Positions 55,873 through 64,000 of a stretch of 64,000 nucleotides of DNA are shown here, piece after piece. Source of the stretch: a virus; IMG/VR virus record IMGVR_UViG_3300009068_000001, positions 1-64,000 of that record; one strand, given 5' to 3'. Positions within the stretch are counted from its first letter, which is position 1, and every line of letters begins with the position of its first letter. The translations under genes were made by a program, and so were the position numbers. Below the pieces are notes generated by a model. It searched no databases. It saw only the letters and a program-made list of their open reading frames with translations, and was not told the DNA's origin.

Positions 55873-57657
55873 TTACGCTGTAGCGTTTCCGGTTAGTTGT
55901 CCAATTTTAATGACAACGAACTCTGCTGGGTATTCAAGAGCAACGCCTATTTCAATGTTAACTCTACCGGCTTGAATTTCGGTAAAGGGATTGTTAGTAT
56001 CATTGCATCGCACATAGAATGCTTGACTTGGGTTTGTTCCACGTAAACCACCAGCTGTCCAATAAGCAAGTAGGAAGCTGTTTAGTGTAGTGTTAATTTG
56101 AGACCAAAGATTTGCATCATTATTCTCAAAAAGAGCAAACGATGTTAGATCATTCATAGACTTCTCAATGTAAATCAAAGAGCGTCGAAGATTGATATAA
56201 CGATTATTAGGTGTATTATCAATAGTACGACCGCCCATGATAACAATGCCTGCACCAGGAACCTGACGAATAGCATTAATAGGGTCTACGCTTGTATTGA
56301 TAGTGTCTAGCTCAGCGTTAGTAAATAGGTGCTCAGTAGCTAAGGCAAGAGCCATAACATTTTGAAGACCTGCTGGAGTCTTAGATGGGCCACGGCTTGC
56401 ATCTGTAGCAAGGTACTGACCAACAACACCAGCGCCTGGAGCTTGTAGGCGAGTTACGCCAACGCTCTTAGTTGCATCTGGGATGCTATACCATGGGTAG
56501 TAAGCTGCAGCAATGTTTCCTGCGGTACTTCCAGCAAAGATAGCTGTTGTAGCTGTAACTTGATCTTGTGCTGCAGAAACTGATAGTCCAGAAGGAGTAT
56601 CAATAACAGCAAAGCAATCTGTACGACCAGCAGCATAGATTACAGCATCGCCGTGAATCTGTGCAGTTAGTGTACCAGATGCAGCATATGGAGCATCAGG
56701 TGCGTAAATAACCAATGGGTTAATTACAGAATCAAATGTAGTCCAAGCTGTTGAGTAATCTGTACGACCAGGGGTTCCACCGTCAGCACCACCTGCAAGT
56801 GATGTAGGAGAAACAAGTACTCCAGGAGACTTAGTAGCATCAAAACCTGCTGTAAGAACTGTAATAACAGAGCTAGGATTAGAGTTAATAATTGAACGCA
56901 CAAAGTTTCTGTCTGTAGAAGACATGCTTAGATCAGAATAAGATTCTACCAAGCTAGTTACAGAAGTTCCACTAGTTGTGGTTGTCTGGTAGACCTCTAG
57001 ACCAAAACGGCTAGCAGATCCTGCAGCTACAATCTTAACTGCGTAGTTGCTAGACCAAGATCCTGGGCTAACTGCGTTGACAGTAAATACTGGTGCAGAA
57101 GCTACAGTAGTTACTACAGTAGCTGTAGCAGATGCGCCGGTTACGGCAGTACCTGTAGCAGCGCTTGTAACAGTAAACTGTGAGCCTGAACGAGTTGCAA
57201 TAACTACGTTAGTTAAGTTAAATGCTGTTGTTGAAAGACCAGTAATAGATACGGTTTGTCCAGCAGCAAAAGTATTTGTAGCTGTGTAAGTAATTGTGCC
57301 AGAGGCTGCAGAAGCTGCAGTTACGGTAGCAGTAGCGGTGGTTGTAGTTCCTGTACCATCGTTAATTACTAGAGCACCTACAGCAGAACCTGTTGCAATA
57401 ACACGCTTTACATATAGGTCACGGCCGCCATTAGCAAAAAAGTTATAGGCAGCCCAAGTGGTTGGGTATGAGTCGTTTAATCCACCAAAAGCTTTAACAA
57501 AATCTGTCCAAGTACTTACTAGTACAGGGGCAGTTGTGTTGCCTTTAGGAAGAGCTCCAGCAAATGCGCCAACAGCGTTTGCAGTATTTGCAGGCTGTAC
57601 AGCTTGTTGCAGAGCTACTTCTTGGATATAGACTCCGGGACGGGCAAAGTTTGCCAT
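55873..57657 (-). CDS. Contractile tail sheath protein
   Basis: RPGVYIQE, FFANGG, YYPW, K.PAG, G.RT, RYIN.RR, FE.N, PAEFV. Confidence 0.95.
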   Translation of the reverse strand: MANFARPGVYIQEVALQQAVQPANTANAVGAFAGALPKGNTTAPVLVSTWTDFVKAFGGLNDSYPTTWAAYNFFANGGRDLYVKRVIATGSAVGALVINDGTGTTTTATATVTAASAASGTITYTATNTFAAGQTVSITGLSTTAFNLTNVVIATRSGSQFTVTSAATGTAVTGASATATVVTTVASAPVFTVNAVSPGSWSSNYAVKIVAAGSASRFGLEVYQTTTTSGTSVTSLVESYSDLSMSSTDRNFVRSIINSNPSSVITVLTAGFDATKSPGVLVSPTSLAGGADGGTPGRTDYSTAWTTFDSVINPLVIYAPDAPYAASGTLTAQIHGDAVIYAAGRTDCFAVIDTPSGLSVSAAQDQVTATTAIFAGSTAGNIAAAYYPWYSIPDATKSVGVTRLQAPGAGVVGQYLATDASRGPSKTPAGLQNVMALALATEHLFTNAELDTINTSVDPINAIRQVPGAGIVIMGGRTIDNTPNNRYINLRRSLIYIEKSMNDLTSFALFENNDANLWSQINTTLNSFLLAYWTAGGLRGTNPSQAFYVRCNDTNNPFTEIQAGRVNIEIGVALEYPAEFVVIKIGQLTGNATA

Positions 57658-57706
57658 TCGGGGTTACTCCTTCGGTTAGGTTGTTGTCTTAGGTAGGCCG
57701 GATTAT

Positions 57707-58318
57707 TTACGGTGTTGTGGTAAAAGGTACATTTTGAGAGAGGATTGATGGATTTACATCCGTTACCTGATACACAGCGGTGAATTGATCAACGAATAGT
57801 TCAGAGCTTATACGGATGTTATAGACATTGCTAAAGAGGCGTTTGCCACCTTCAGTAGTATCTCTTTTTGAGAACCCCAACATATCCAAACGACGGTTAG
57901 TACCGTCTTGAGGAATGGGTAGTTGCCCAAATCTAAATGGTAGTCTACCAGGTGCAAACAACTTTGCCATAATCTGACGATCATGGCGAGGCTGACGGGA
58001 CCAGGTTGAGACTTGGTAGATTAAATCTACAGGGATAGGAAAGTTAACTTGCTGATTAATAGAGCCGTCTTCATTAAGATTAGGTGTGGTGCCTTCTGGT
58101 GTATAGGTTAAATCAACCCAACCTCTATGAGCACGCTCTGTATCTTCACGAACGCCTACTAAGTCTAGGGTAATATAGGGGTAGCTCTGTTGACGGATAT
58201 CTTTATCTGGTTGTCCATAATAGACAGCAACAGGGCGGGCAGAATTACCACCATCTGAAACGGTGATACCTTGAAGTAGCGTCTTTAGCGCTTCGTCTTC
58301 ATTAATAATAAATGGCAT
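57707..58318 (-). CDS. Tail terminator/completion protein
   Basis: YPYIT..., P.PVDL.YQ; directly upstream of the sheath gene. Confidence 0.6.
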   Translation of the reverse strand: MPFIINEDEALKTLLQGITVSDGGNSARPVAVYYGQPDKDIRQQSYPYITLDLVGVREDTERAHRGWVDLTYTPEGTTPNLNEDGSINQQVNFPIPVDLIYQVSTWSRQPRHDRQIMAKLFAPGRLPFRFGQLPIPQDGTNRRLDMLGFSKRDTTEGGKRLFSNVYNIRISSELFVDQFTAVYQVTDVNPSILSQNVPFTTTP

Positions 58319-58587
58319 TATCTAGCCCCCAATACAAATGTTCGTAGAGCTGGGGCAGGAGGAGCATCTTGAGTGCCGTACTCTAATGTGAGTACAGATT
58401 CTTCAAGGCTCTTTGGGTATGAGATGGAGTGAGACTTACCATCATGAGAAACCATAAGGTTATTTGCAACTTCTTCTGGCCAGCCATATGAAGAGGCATG
58501 GCTACGAAGGTTCTTTGTATATTCTTTTACTGCTTGCTTCTCTGCAGCAATGATTATGGAGTTTAAGGTTTTTTTGAAACTAGCCAC
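58318..58587 (-). CDS. Neck/tail completion-like protein
   Basis: LEYGT...P.PALR motif. Confidence 0.5.
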   Translation of the reverse strand: MASFKKTLNSIIIAAEKQAVKEYTKNLRSHASSYGWPEEVANNLMVSHDGKSHSISYPKSLEESVLTLEYGTQDAPPAPALRTFVLGAR

Positions 58588-58741
58588 GGTTACGGAGCCA
58601 ATTCGTTAGCAAATACCCTGCAGCAAAACCAAGAACGATTTTCTTACCACCGTTTTGATTAAGGCTGGCTAAGCCACGAACAAACTCCTGTTTATCGGCA
58701 TCAGTCTCTTCACGAGCAAGCCGATTAGCTAAATTAATCAT
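58580..58741 (-). CDS. Small hypothetical protein (53 aa), not in the ORF track
   Basis: MINLANRLAREETDADKQEFVRG...; GGAGG SD. Confidence 0.6.
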   Translation of the reverse strand: MINLANRLAREETDADKQEFVRGLASLNQNGGKKIVLGFAAGYLLTNWLRNRG

Positions 58742-58817
58742 AATTCCTCCATAGGAAGATGCAGGGTGTTACAAGCAGGGTTCCGGATTACTCCGGCGTC
58801 ATTAGTAATCATAAACG

Positions 58818-58838
58818 AAAAAACCCCCTTGCGGGGGC
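58818..58838 (-). terminator. Rho-independent terminator
   Basis: Minus strand CCCCC-GCAA-GGGGG-TTTTTT. Confidence 0.75.
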
Positions 58839-58844
58839 TAATCG

Positions 58845-59009
58845 TTACTTCTTTTTCTTTGCCTTACATGCCTTGCACTTGCCACAAGTACAGGCTTTGC
58901 CTTTAACCTTCTTGGCTAGCTTGGCATCGTTCTTTTCGTCCTGCTTTTCAAACTTTTTCTTTTGAGCCGGGGTCATGCCCTTTTCAAACTTCTTGTCATC
59001 ATGAGCCAT
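58845..59009 (-). CDS. Lys-rich Cys microprotein (54 aa), not in the ORF track
   Basis: MAHDDKKFEKGMTPAQKKKFEKQDEKNDAKLAKKVKGKACTCGKCKACKAKKKK. Confidence 0.7.
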   Translation of the reverse strand: MAHDDKKFEKGMTPAQKKKFEKQDEKNDAKLAKKVKGKACTCGKCKACKAKKKK

Positions 59010-59152
59010 TACATGCCCTTCTTTCTTACTGCGCTAGTCTTCTTAGCCTTACCCTTTGAGTCAGACTTTTTAGCAAACTTCTTATTAGCAGCCGCTAGGG
59101 TCTTCATGCCGTGCTTGTCTTTAGGCTTCATGCAGCCACAGGTAGCACACAT
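59009..59152 (-). CDS. Lys-rich Cys microprotein (47 aa), not in the ORF track
   Basis: MCATCGCMKPKDKHGMKTLAAANKKFAKKSDSKGKAKKTSAVRKKGM. Confidence 0.7.
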   Translation of the reverse strand: MCATCGCMKPKDKHGMKTLAAANKKFAKKSDSKGKAKKTSAVRKKGM

Positions 59153-59328
59153 TACTTTTTCTTCTTTGCACGAAGGGCAGCGAAGTCAGAGCTTTCTAGC
59201 TTGCCATCTTTGTCCATATCAAGCTTCTTCTGCTTTGGAGACATTTTTTTTGTAGTCTTCTTAGCGCCCTTCTTGCAGGCACCCTTACATCCCGGCTTTG
59301 AACAGCCGCATCCACATGACTTACACAT
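59152..59328 (-). CDS. Lys-rich Cys microprotein with an EF-hand-like loop (58 aa), not in the ORF track
   Basis: MCKSCGCGCSKPGCKGACKKGAKKTTKKMSPKQKKLDMDKDGKLESSDFAALRAKKKK. Confidence 0.7.
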   Translation of the reverse strand: MCKSCGCGCSKPGCKGACKKGAKKTTKKMSPKQKKLDMDKDGKLESSDFAALRAKKKK

Positions 59329-59534
59329 TATTTCTTACCTTTCGTATGGGGGTTCTTCTTATGCCATTCTTTAGTTGCCTTGACGCCTTCTTTAATCGTC
59401 TTAGCTCCGGCCTTTTTTGTTAGGTTAATCTTATCCCACTTAGGGTCATTTTTTCCCGCATGGTCAACGATAACATCACCTTGTTTGTTCTTCTTAACTA
59501 CGTGGACTTTGCCACTAACCTTTAACTTTGCCAT
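59328..59534 (-). CDS. Basic small protein (68 aa; start likely 59534)
   Basis: MAKLKVSGKVHVVKKNK...; AGGGG SD. Confidence 0.65.
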   Translation of the reverse strand: MAKLKVSGKVHVVKKNKQGDVIVDHAGKNDPKWDKINLTKKAGAKTIKEGVKATKEWHKKNPHTKGKK

Positions 59535-59541
59535 TTTACCC

Positions 59542-60123
59542 CTATAGTGAAGTCTGATCAAAGGCAGAATACCCAGCATAGTGCTGGAACTGCGAATCAT
59601 TGACAAGCTCTTCGGCGTTGACTTGCTCACAGGATACCTGTAACAAGGTGTATTTGTCTTTGATTATACCTCTAGGAGATACCTGTGTAGGTGAAAAGAC
59701 TTCATTTCTAAAGACAATTCGATCACGTAGGTAAGCATCTGGGTTGATCTCTACAGTTGAAAGCTCACGACGATTAGCCGCATTTCCACCATAGAAATTT
59801 AAATGGTTCTCAATAACGTCAACGTTAATGGTTACAGTTAAGATATCGGTGTTATAAAAACCGCGGTCGTTCTGTACTGTAGCACCCTGCTCTAGGTGAG
59901 CATTAACTACGGGAATAGTAAATGGGCTGAGCCACTTACGACCTCCACCAATAACTGAAGATCCTACATCATAGATAGGATCTACTGCAGTATTAACTGG
60001 ATCAAAGATCCACCAGTCTACAAATGTACCTACGGTTTGAACAAGCTCAACGTTAGTTCCCGATGCGCTGGAACCACGTTCGTAGGAGATATTAAATCTG
60101 CCCTCACGTTGATCCCCACGCAT
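59542..60123 (-). CDS. Putative head-tail joining (closure) protein
   Basis: Position and beta-rich pattern (DRIVFRNEVF); function inferred. Confidence 0.5.
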   Translation of the reverse strand: MRGDQREGRFNISYERGSSASGTNVELVQTVGTFVDWWIFDPVNTAVDPIYDVGSSVIGGGRKWLSPFTIPVVNAHLEQGATVQNDRGFYNTDILTVTINVDVIENHLNFYGGNAANRRELSTVEINPDAYLRDRIVFRNEVFSPTQVSPRGIIKDKYTLLQVSCEQVNAEELVNDSQFQHYAGYSAFDQTSL

Positions 60124-60125
60124 AA

Positions 60126-60353
60126 TTAAGCTCCTACAATTGGAGGAGTAAAAGACTTAGTTGTTTTGTTGTATGTCCAACCCGGGTAGATATCACTATT
60201 AGTGTCATTCTTGATATCTGTAATATCTACAATAGTAGGTTCACTTAAAAGAATTGCGGCTAGACGATCATGAGTATGTAAAATATCCACTACCTGCCCA
60301 TCAATAATAAAAGCAATTTTATTAAATGGAATTTCGGATGCGTTTCCGGTCAT
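60126..60353 (-). CDS. Small fibre-associated protein
   Basis: AFIIDGQVV...GWTY....F.PP pattern of small fibre-assembly-like proteins. Confidence 0.55.
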   Translation of the reverse strand: MTGNASEIPFNKIAFIIDGQVVDILHTHDRLAAILLSEPTIVDITDIKNDTNSDIYPGWTYNKTTKSFTPPIVGA

Positions 60354-60595
60354 TCTGTCTCCTTAAATGATACTTGCATTACGCCCCACTTACCAAGTGG
60401 ACACGAGGCATTAGGAAGCTTTGTCTTTAGATTCATCATACATCCGCACTCTTTGCACTGGTTAGTTAATTTAATTAACTGAGGGCATTCAAGGCAAATA
60501 TTAAATCTTTGTTCTGCTATCTCTGTTTCTACTCGACCTAGGTTCTTATTGAATAAGTCCCACGGGCGTGCAGGTCTTTCAAATGGATCAGCCAT
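60350..60595 (-). CDS. Small Cys-cluster protein (CxxC...CxxCGC...CPxxKW)
   Basis: ICLECP...QCKECGC...SCPLGKW. Confidence 0.7.
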   Translation of the reverse strand: MADPFERPARPWDLFNKNLGRVETEIAEQRFNICLECPQLIKLTNQCKECGCMMNLKTKLPNASCPLGKWGVMQVSFKETE

Positions 60596-60604
60596 ATTGT
60601 AGTC

Positions 60605-61972
60605 CTAACCAGATATTTTAAAATTGTCTACTGTAGATCCCTGGCCAAATGGGCTAGAGGTCTTAATAATACCATAATTGTTTGCTTTTGCAGGCGAGGT
60701 TGCAGTATGTGTACCAGAGGTTAATAGTCCCGTAAAGTCAGAATTTGAGTAGGCCTGATAACTTAGTACATTTCCTTGAGTATTTAAACGAAGAGCCCCA
60801 ACTGAGCCACTTACGCTTATATCTCCAGTAAGGTTTGTGATAGTTCCACCCACTGAACGAATTAGTTTTATATAATAGTTATTGGTAATTGACCCGCAAG
60901 TTTGGCAACCACCGCCGTATTGATCACAATTAGGGTAAGTTCCACCACCGTAGCAAGTAGACCCGGTATAGTAATATGCAACTCCGCAGTCAGGATTTGC
61001 ACAACTATAGCAAGTAGTTGTTCCGGCTGTTGTAACTGTACAAACACCTGTTGATTGGTTAGCTGTACCGCCGCTTGGGCAACTATAGTAACCAGTACCA
61101 AACGATGTAACGTAGCAACGACCGCCACTTTCAGTACCACTACTACAAGTACAAGTAGTAACTCCACCTGTAGGTATATAGCAGCTGTAGTTACCTGGGT
61201 GACCACTTTCTCCCTCAGGACATTCGTAACAGTATGATCCAGTGCCACCTGAGTAACAATCAGATGTGCTATAACAATTATAGTTGGTTGGGTCATTAAC
61301 TTGAGTTTGACTACATCTACGACCATAAATAACAGCAGAGCCTATATATTTCCAACCACTTACACTTGTTGTACAGTTAGCAGCACCAACATCAGTTACA
61401 GTTGTTCCACCTGGAACATAAGTTCCTTGATAGGTACTAGTACCTCCGCCAGAAGTAGTAGAGCCGCAATAATAACAACTAGTGCAGGTATTATAAACTG
61501 GTACTGGATAAGTATCGCAGTGGCCATTACAGTAACAGTTACATGAATAGGTAGTATTTACTTGGGTTTGAAAAGAAACTAAAGCATACCAGTTATTAGC
61601 ATCGACTACCCAAGCAGCAACACCGGTACCATTACTAACACCGGCTCCTACAGTAACATCGCTAACACCGTAAGCTACGGTAGCAATAGCGTTTGAACTT
61701 GCGGCAGTATCTGATTGAGCAGCAGATCCATTGGCGTACCAAGTACCTGTAACGTTAGTCCAGGTCTCTCCGCTATCTGCTGTACCTAAAACACCTGAAA
61801 CTGAGCGGTTAAAAGAGTCTGTAATTGGACCAAGAAACCAACGTACCCAAGTAGTAGCGTCTGTTTTTAACCAAGCGCTCTTAGCAAGGCCCCAAGAATT
61901 GGAGCTTGTTTTTACTTGAACGTCAGTTACGCTACCCCAGTTGCTGGCATCTAATTTTATTTTGGCAGGCAT
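60605..61972 (-). CDS. Fibre/adhesin: ConA-like beta-sandwich interrupted by a 26-Cys insert
   Basis: DSFNRS...LG..D.G..W, VVDANNW [insert] IKL...VDNF. Confidence 0.65.
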   Translation of the reverse strand: MPAKIKLDASNWGSVTDVQVKTSSNSWGLAKSAWLKTDATTWVRWFLGPITDSFNRSVSGVLGTADSGETWTNVTGTWYANGSAAQSDTAASSNAIATVAYGVSDVTVGAGVSNGTGVAAWVVDANNWYALVSFQTQVNTTYSCNCYCNGHCDTYPVPVYNTCTSCYYCGSTTSGGGTSTYQGTYVPGGTTVTDVGAANCTTSVSGWKYIGSAVIYGRRCSQTQVNDPTNYNCYSTSDCYSGGTGSYCYECPEGESGHPGNYSCYIPTGGVTTCTCSSGTESGGRCYVTSFGTGYYSCPSGGTANQSTGVCTVTTAGTTTCYSCANPDCGVAYYYTGSTCYGGGTYPNCDQYGGGCQTCGSITNNYYIKLIRSVGGTITNLTGDISVSGSVGALRLNTQGNVLSYQAYSNSDFTGLLTSGTHTATSPAKANNYGIIKTSSPFGQGSTVDNFKISG

Positions 61973-62904
61973 TATGCGTAGACAATCCAGATATCCCCGA
62001 CGTTGCCGTCGCTGCTTATTGGTGCTACAGTTCTTGTATAAACGTTTCGGACAACTCCTGAGCCAAGGGCTGCAGTAGTAACTGTTCCATTACTTTGACC
62101 AACATAAGATGTTACTGGTGCTACCCAAGTAGCAGTTGTGCCGTTGCTTGTTAAAACGGTTCCATTGGCGCCTATGCCGAGTCTAGATACAGCTCCAGCT
62201 CCTGACCCAAGGATAAGGTCTCCGGCCGTTGTAACGGTCGCTAGAGGGATTTTAGAGGTATCTGTAGGCACACCCCAGACAACTGAACCAGCACTTACAA
62301 TAAGTGATTGACCGTTAGATCCAATACCTAGGCGAGTAACTGTTGCGTTACCAGATCCCAGAATAAGATCTCCCGCAGTTGTAATTGTAGCTAGGGGAAT
62401 CTTAGATGCCGCAGCTGTGGTATTTGAACTAATTGATGTAGTAAGAGTTGTGTAATCAGAACTACCTACATAGAGAACGTTAGATGTAGCAACCTTAGGC
62501 AAACCAGCTGCGTCTAAGTTAAAACCAAGTACGCTTGCGTATGAGTAAGCTTCGATAAGATTAAGACTTGTAGCTCCAGCACGAAGGGTTAAGCCCTTGT
62601 TGTTAGTGGTAGTGATTGTGCTTCCACCAGAAATTAGTGGGTAAGGAGCTCCAGATACACCAGAGATAAGACCAGCCTCAATATTAGCAATACGATCATA
62701 AACAGTTCCCCAAGTAGTTGCTTGAGAGAATGAGCCAGACCATGTAGAGGTAAGAGGGTTTTGCGATGTAGCAGCGCTACCTAGTACCGCCTCAATCTGC
62801 TTAACTTCCTCTTGGAGGGAGTTAACGTTGTCCGCAATAACAGTGTTGACAAGGTCTTGCTGAGCGGTATAGTTTCTTACGCTATTGGGAAATACTGCTG
62901 CCAT
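61972..62904 (-). CDS. Fibre/collar protein with an internal tandem duplication
   Basis: SKIPLAT(I/V)TTAGDLILGSG...RLGIG.NG..L x2; terminal G..GDIW. Confidence 0.7.
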   Translation of the reverse strand: MAAVFPNSVRNYTAQQDLVNTVIADNVNSLQEEVKQIEAVLGSAATSQNPLTSTWSGSFSQATTWGTVYDRIANIEAGLISGVSGAPYPLISGGSTITTTNNKGLTLRAGATSLNLIEAYSYASVLGFNLDAAGLPKVATSNVLYVGSSDYTTLTTSISSNTTAAASKIPLATITTAGDLILGSGNATVTRLGIGSNGQSLIVSAGSVVWGVPTDTSKIPLATVTTAGDLILGSGAGAVSRLGIGANGTVLTSNGTTATWVAPVTSYVGQSNGTVTTAALGSGVVRNVYTRTVAPISSDGNVGDIWIVYA

Positions 62905-62971
62905 GTTTAAATCCTAACGTCTATTATGTATTGTAGTTTACCAGCTAAGACAGCTCTTGTCTCTGGGTTTA

Positions 62972-63967
62972 CTAAAGTGCGTATCGAATAACTACTAGTC
63001 CTGGTCCACCAGCTGTGTGATAATTTGGCTTACACACACCTGGAATATAATATTGATTGGTACTTTGAGGTGCGTTTGGAGCCTCAGCATAGTAAGAAAC
63101 ATCATTACCTGTAGTAGTTGTACCTGAAGTTACTCCGCCGACATATCCTGCACCACCGCCCCCAGCTGAAGAGTAGTAATCACTTCCACCACCGCCACCA
63201 TAGAAACCAGCTCCACCGCCACCGCCACCATAAGTGCCGTTATTAGACATAGAGCTCCCGTCTCCTCCGCCACCAAAACCACCTAGTTGACGGGTGTTTC
63301 CAGAAGGAGATCCATACCCACCGTATAGTGCGCCTCCAGCTTGGCCATCACCATAGCCACCACCAGTGTCAGGACCAAAAGCACCACCAGCAGATTGAGT
63401 TCCTCCATAGCCACCTACACGTCCAGTACCAATAGGTCCTCCACGATTATCGCTATAACCACGGTTACCTGTAGTACCGCCACCTGCACCACCGTTAGCA
63501 GCAGAGCCGCTACCTCCAGAACCACCACCACCGCCAGCTGCAATAATTAAAGCACGTGCTTGACCTGTGGCATCAAATGTAACTGTAGAGCTTCCTGAGA
63601 ATACGCCGCTTAATCCTCCGCCACCCCCAGCATACCCTGCTATGTTAGAGCCTTTAGATCCGCCGCCTCCTACAATAACTGCGTAGTCTTGAGCAGAAGC
63701 AATAGTTAAAGTACCTGTTGAATACCCGCCAGAACCACCGGAAGATTGATCACCACCACCGCCAGCTGCACCCCAGCAAAAAATTTCTACTGTTATTGGC
63801 TTTCCTACAGAAAACGTAGCTTGACCAACAGTAGAGAAAGTATGTATGCGATATCCATTTGCTACAGTAATTGTTCCACCAGTAACGGGTGCGCTAAGAT
63901 GATCCCAAGACAAAGATCGTTTTGTTCCTGATGCAGAACTTGATGTTGATAGATTACGAATTCCCAT
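62972..63967 (-). CDS. Glycine-rich fibre/adhesin protein
   Basis: TGG......Y.IHTF, WGAAGGGG, poly-Gly runs, G.G.V.IRY end. Confidence 0.75.
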   Translation of the reverse strand: MGIRNLSTSSSASGTKRSLSWDHLSAPVTGGTITVANGYRIHTFSTVGQATFSVGKPITVEIFCWGAAGGGGDQSSGGSGGYSTGTLTIASAQDYAVIVGGGGSKGSNIAGYAGGGGGLSGVFSGSSTVTFDATGQARALIIAAGGGGGSGGSGSAANGGAGGGTTGNRGYSDNRGGPIGTGRVGGYGGTQSAGGAFGPDTGGGYGDGQAGGALYGGYGSPSGNTRQLGGFGGGGDGSSMSNNGTYGGGGGGAGFYGGGGGSDYYSSAGGGGAGYVGGVTSGTTTTGNDVSYYAEAPNAPQSTNQYYIPGVCKPNYHTAGGPGLVVIRYAL

Positions 63968-64000
63968 TAGAATGTCACCGAACCTGTTCCAGCAGTAAAT
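63967..64000 (-). CDS. 3' end of an upstream Gly-rich fibre-type gene (truncated)
   Basis: ...FTAGTGSVTF-stop, TAATG-coupled. Confidence 0.5.
   Translation of the reverse strand, partial: FTAGTGSVTF

Noticed and set aside
42369-58318. Stand-alone contractile injection system or tailocin
   Set aside because: Similar gene set, but it is contiguous with a full phage replication module, endolysin and head-tail joining genes.
58759-59374. Plus-strand ORFs 58759-58965, 58962-59255 and 59111-59374 in the track
   Set aside because: Phe/Leu-rich shadows of the coupled minus-strand Lys-rich genes.
60605-63967. Diversity-generating retroelement acting on fibre genes
   Set aside because: No reverse transcriptase and no TR/VR pair differing at adenines seen in this window.
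1-64000. Stop-codon reassignment, inteins or introns in core genes
   Set aside because: NrdJ, PolA, RecA, DnaB and SNF2 are intact at normal lengths under the standard code, and all three stop codons terminate genes.

Overview
The whole window is a gene-dense segment of a large lytic-type myovirus (contractile tail), most likely infecting low-GC freshwater Actinobacteria. The host inference rests on two WhiB genes, a BldC-like regulator, an MSMEG_6728-type glycosylase and a DUF4192-like gene. Layout: (i) 1-8113, + strand early/accessory genes, including a MoxR-AAA/VWA pair, a pyrimidine-dimer glycosylase and a HicA-like gene; (ii) 8180-19985, - strand: class II ribonucleotide reductase, a nucleotidyltransferase/HAD-like/TGT-fold module, about 16 small orphan genes, a BldC-like gene and holin-like genes; (iii) 20070-23800, + strand: giant Pro/Ala-rich secreted protein, membrane proteins and a CHAP endolysin; (iv) 23881-42359, - strand replication/recombination block (SpoVS, resolvases, dNMP kinase, exonuclease, WhiB x2, RecA, PolA, SSB, SNF2, HNH, primase, DnaB, DnaC-like, initiator); (v) 42369-64000, - strand baseplate, tape measure, tube, sheath, neck and fibre genes. 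No capsid, portal, terminase, integrase, tRNA or CRISPR array was recognised. Most interesting signals: an exact 12-mer (CCAACACAAACA) repeated right after stop codons in the early region, together with a structured non-coding segment (1482-1717) whose closing arm is near-antisense to that motif; a shared N-terminal peptide signature in three small genes; a prfB/PA-X-like +1 frameshift site in the tail chaperone; a translationally coupled cassette of Lys/Cys-rich microproteins missed by the ORF track; a TGT-fold/HAD/NTase module with apparently degenerate catalytic motifs; and a 26-Cys insert in a fibre adhesin. All protein family calls come from motif recognition by eye; no database search or folding program was run.
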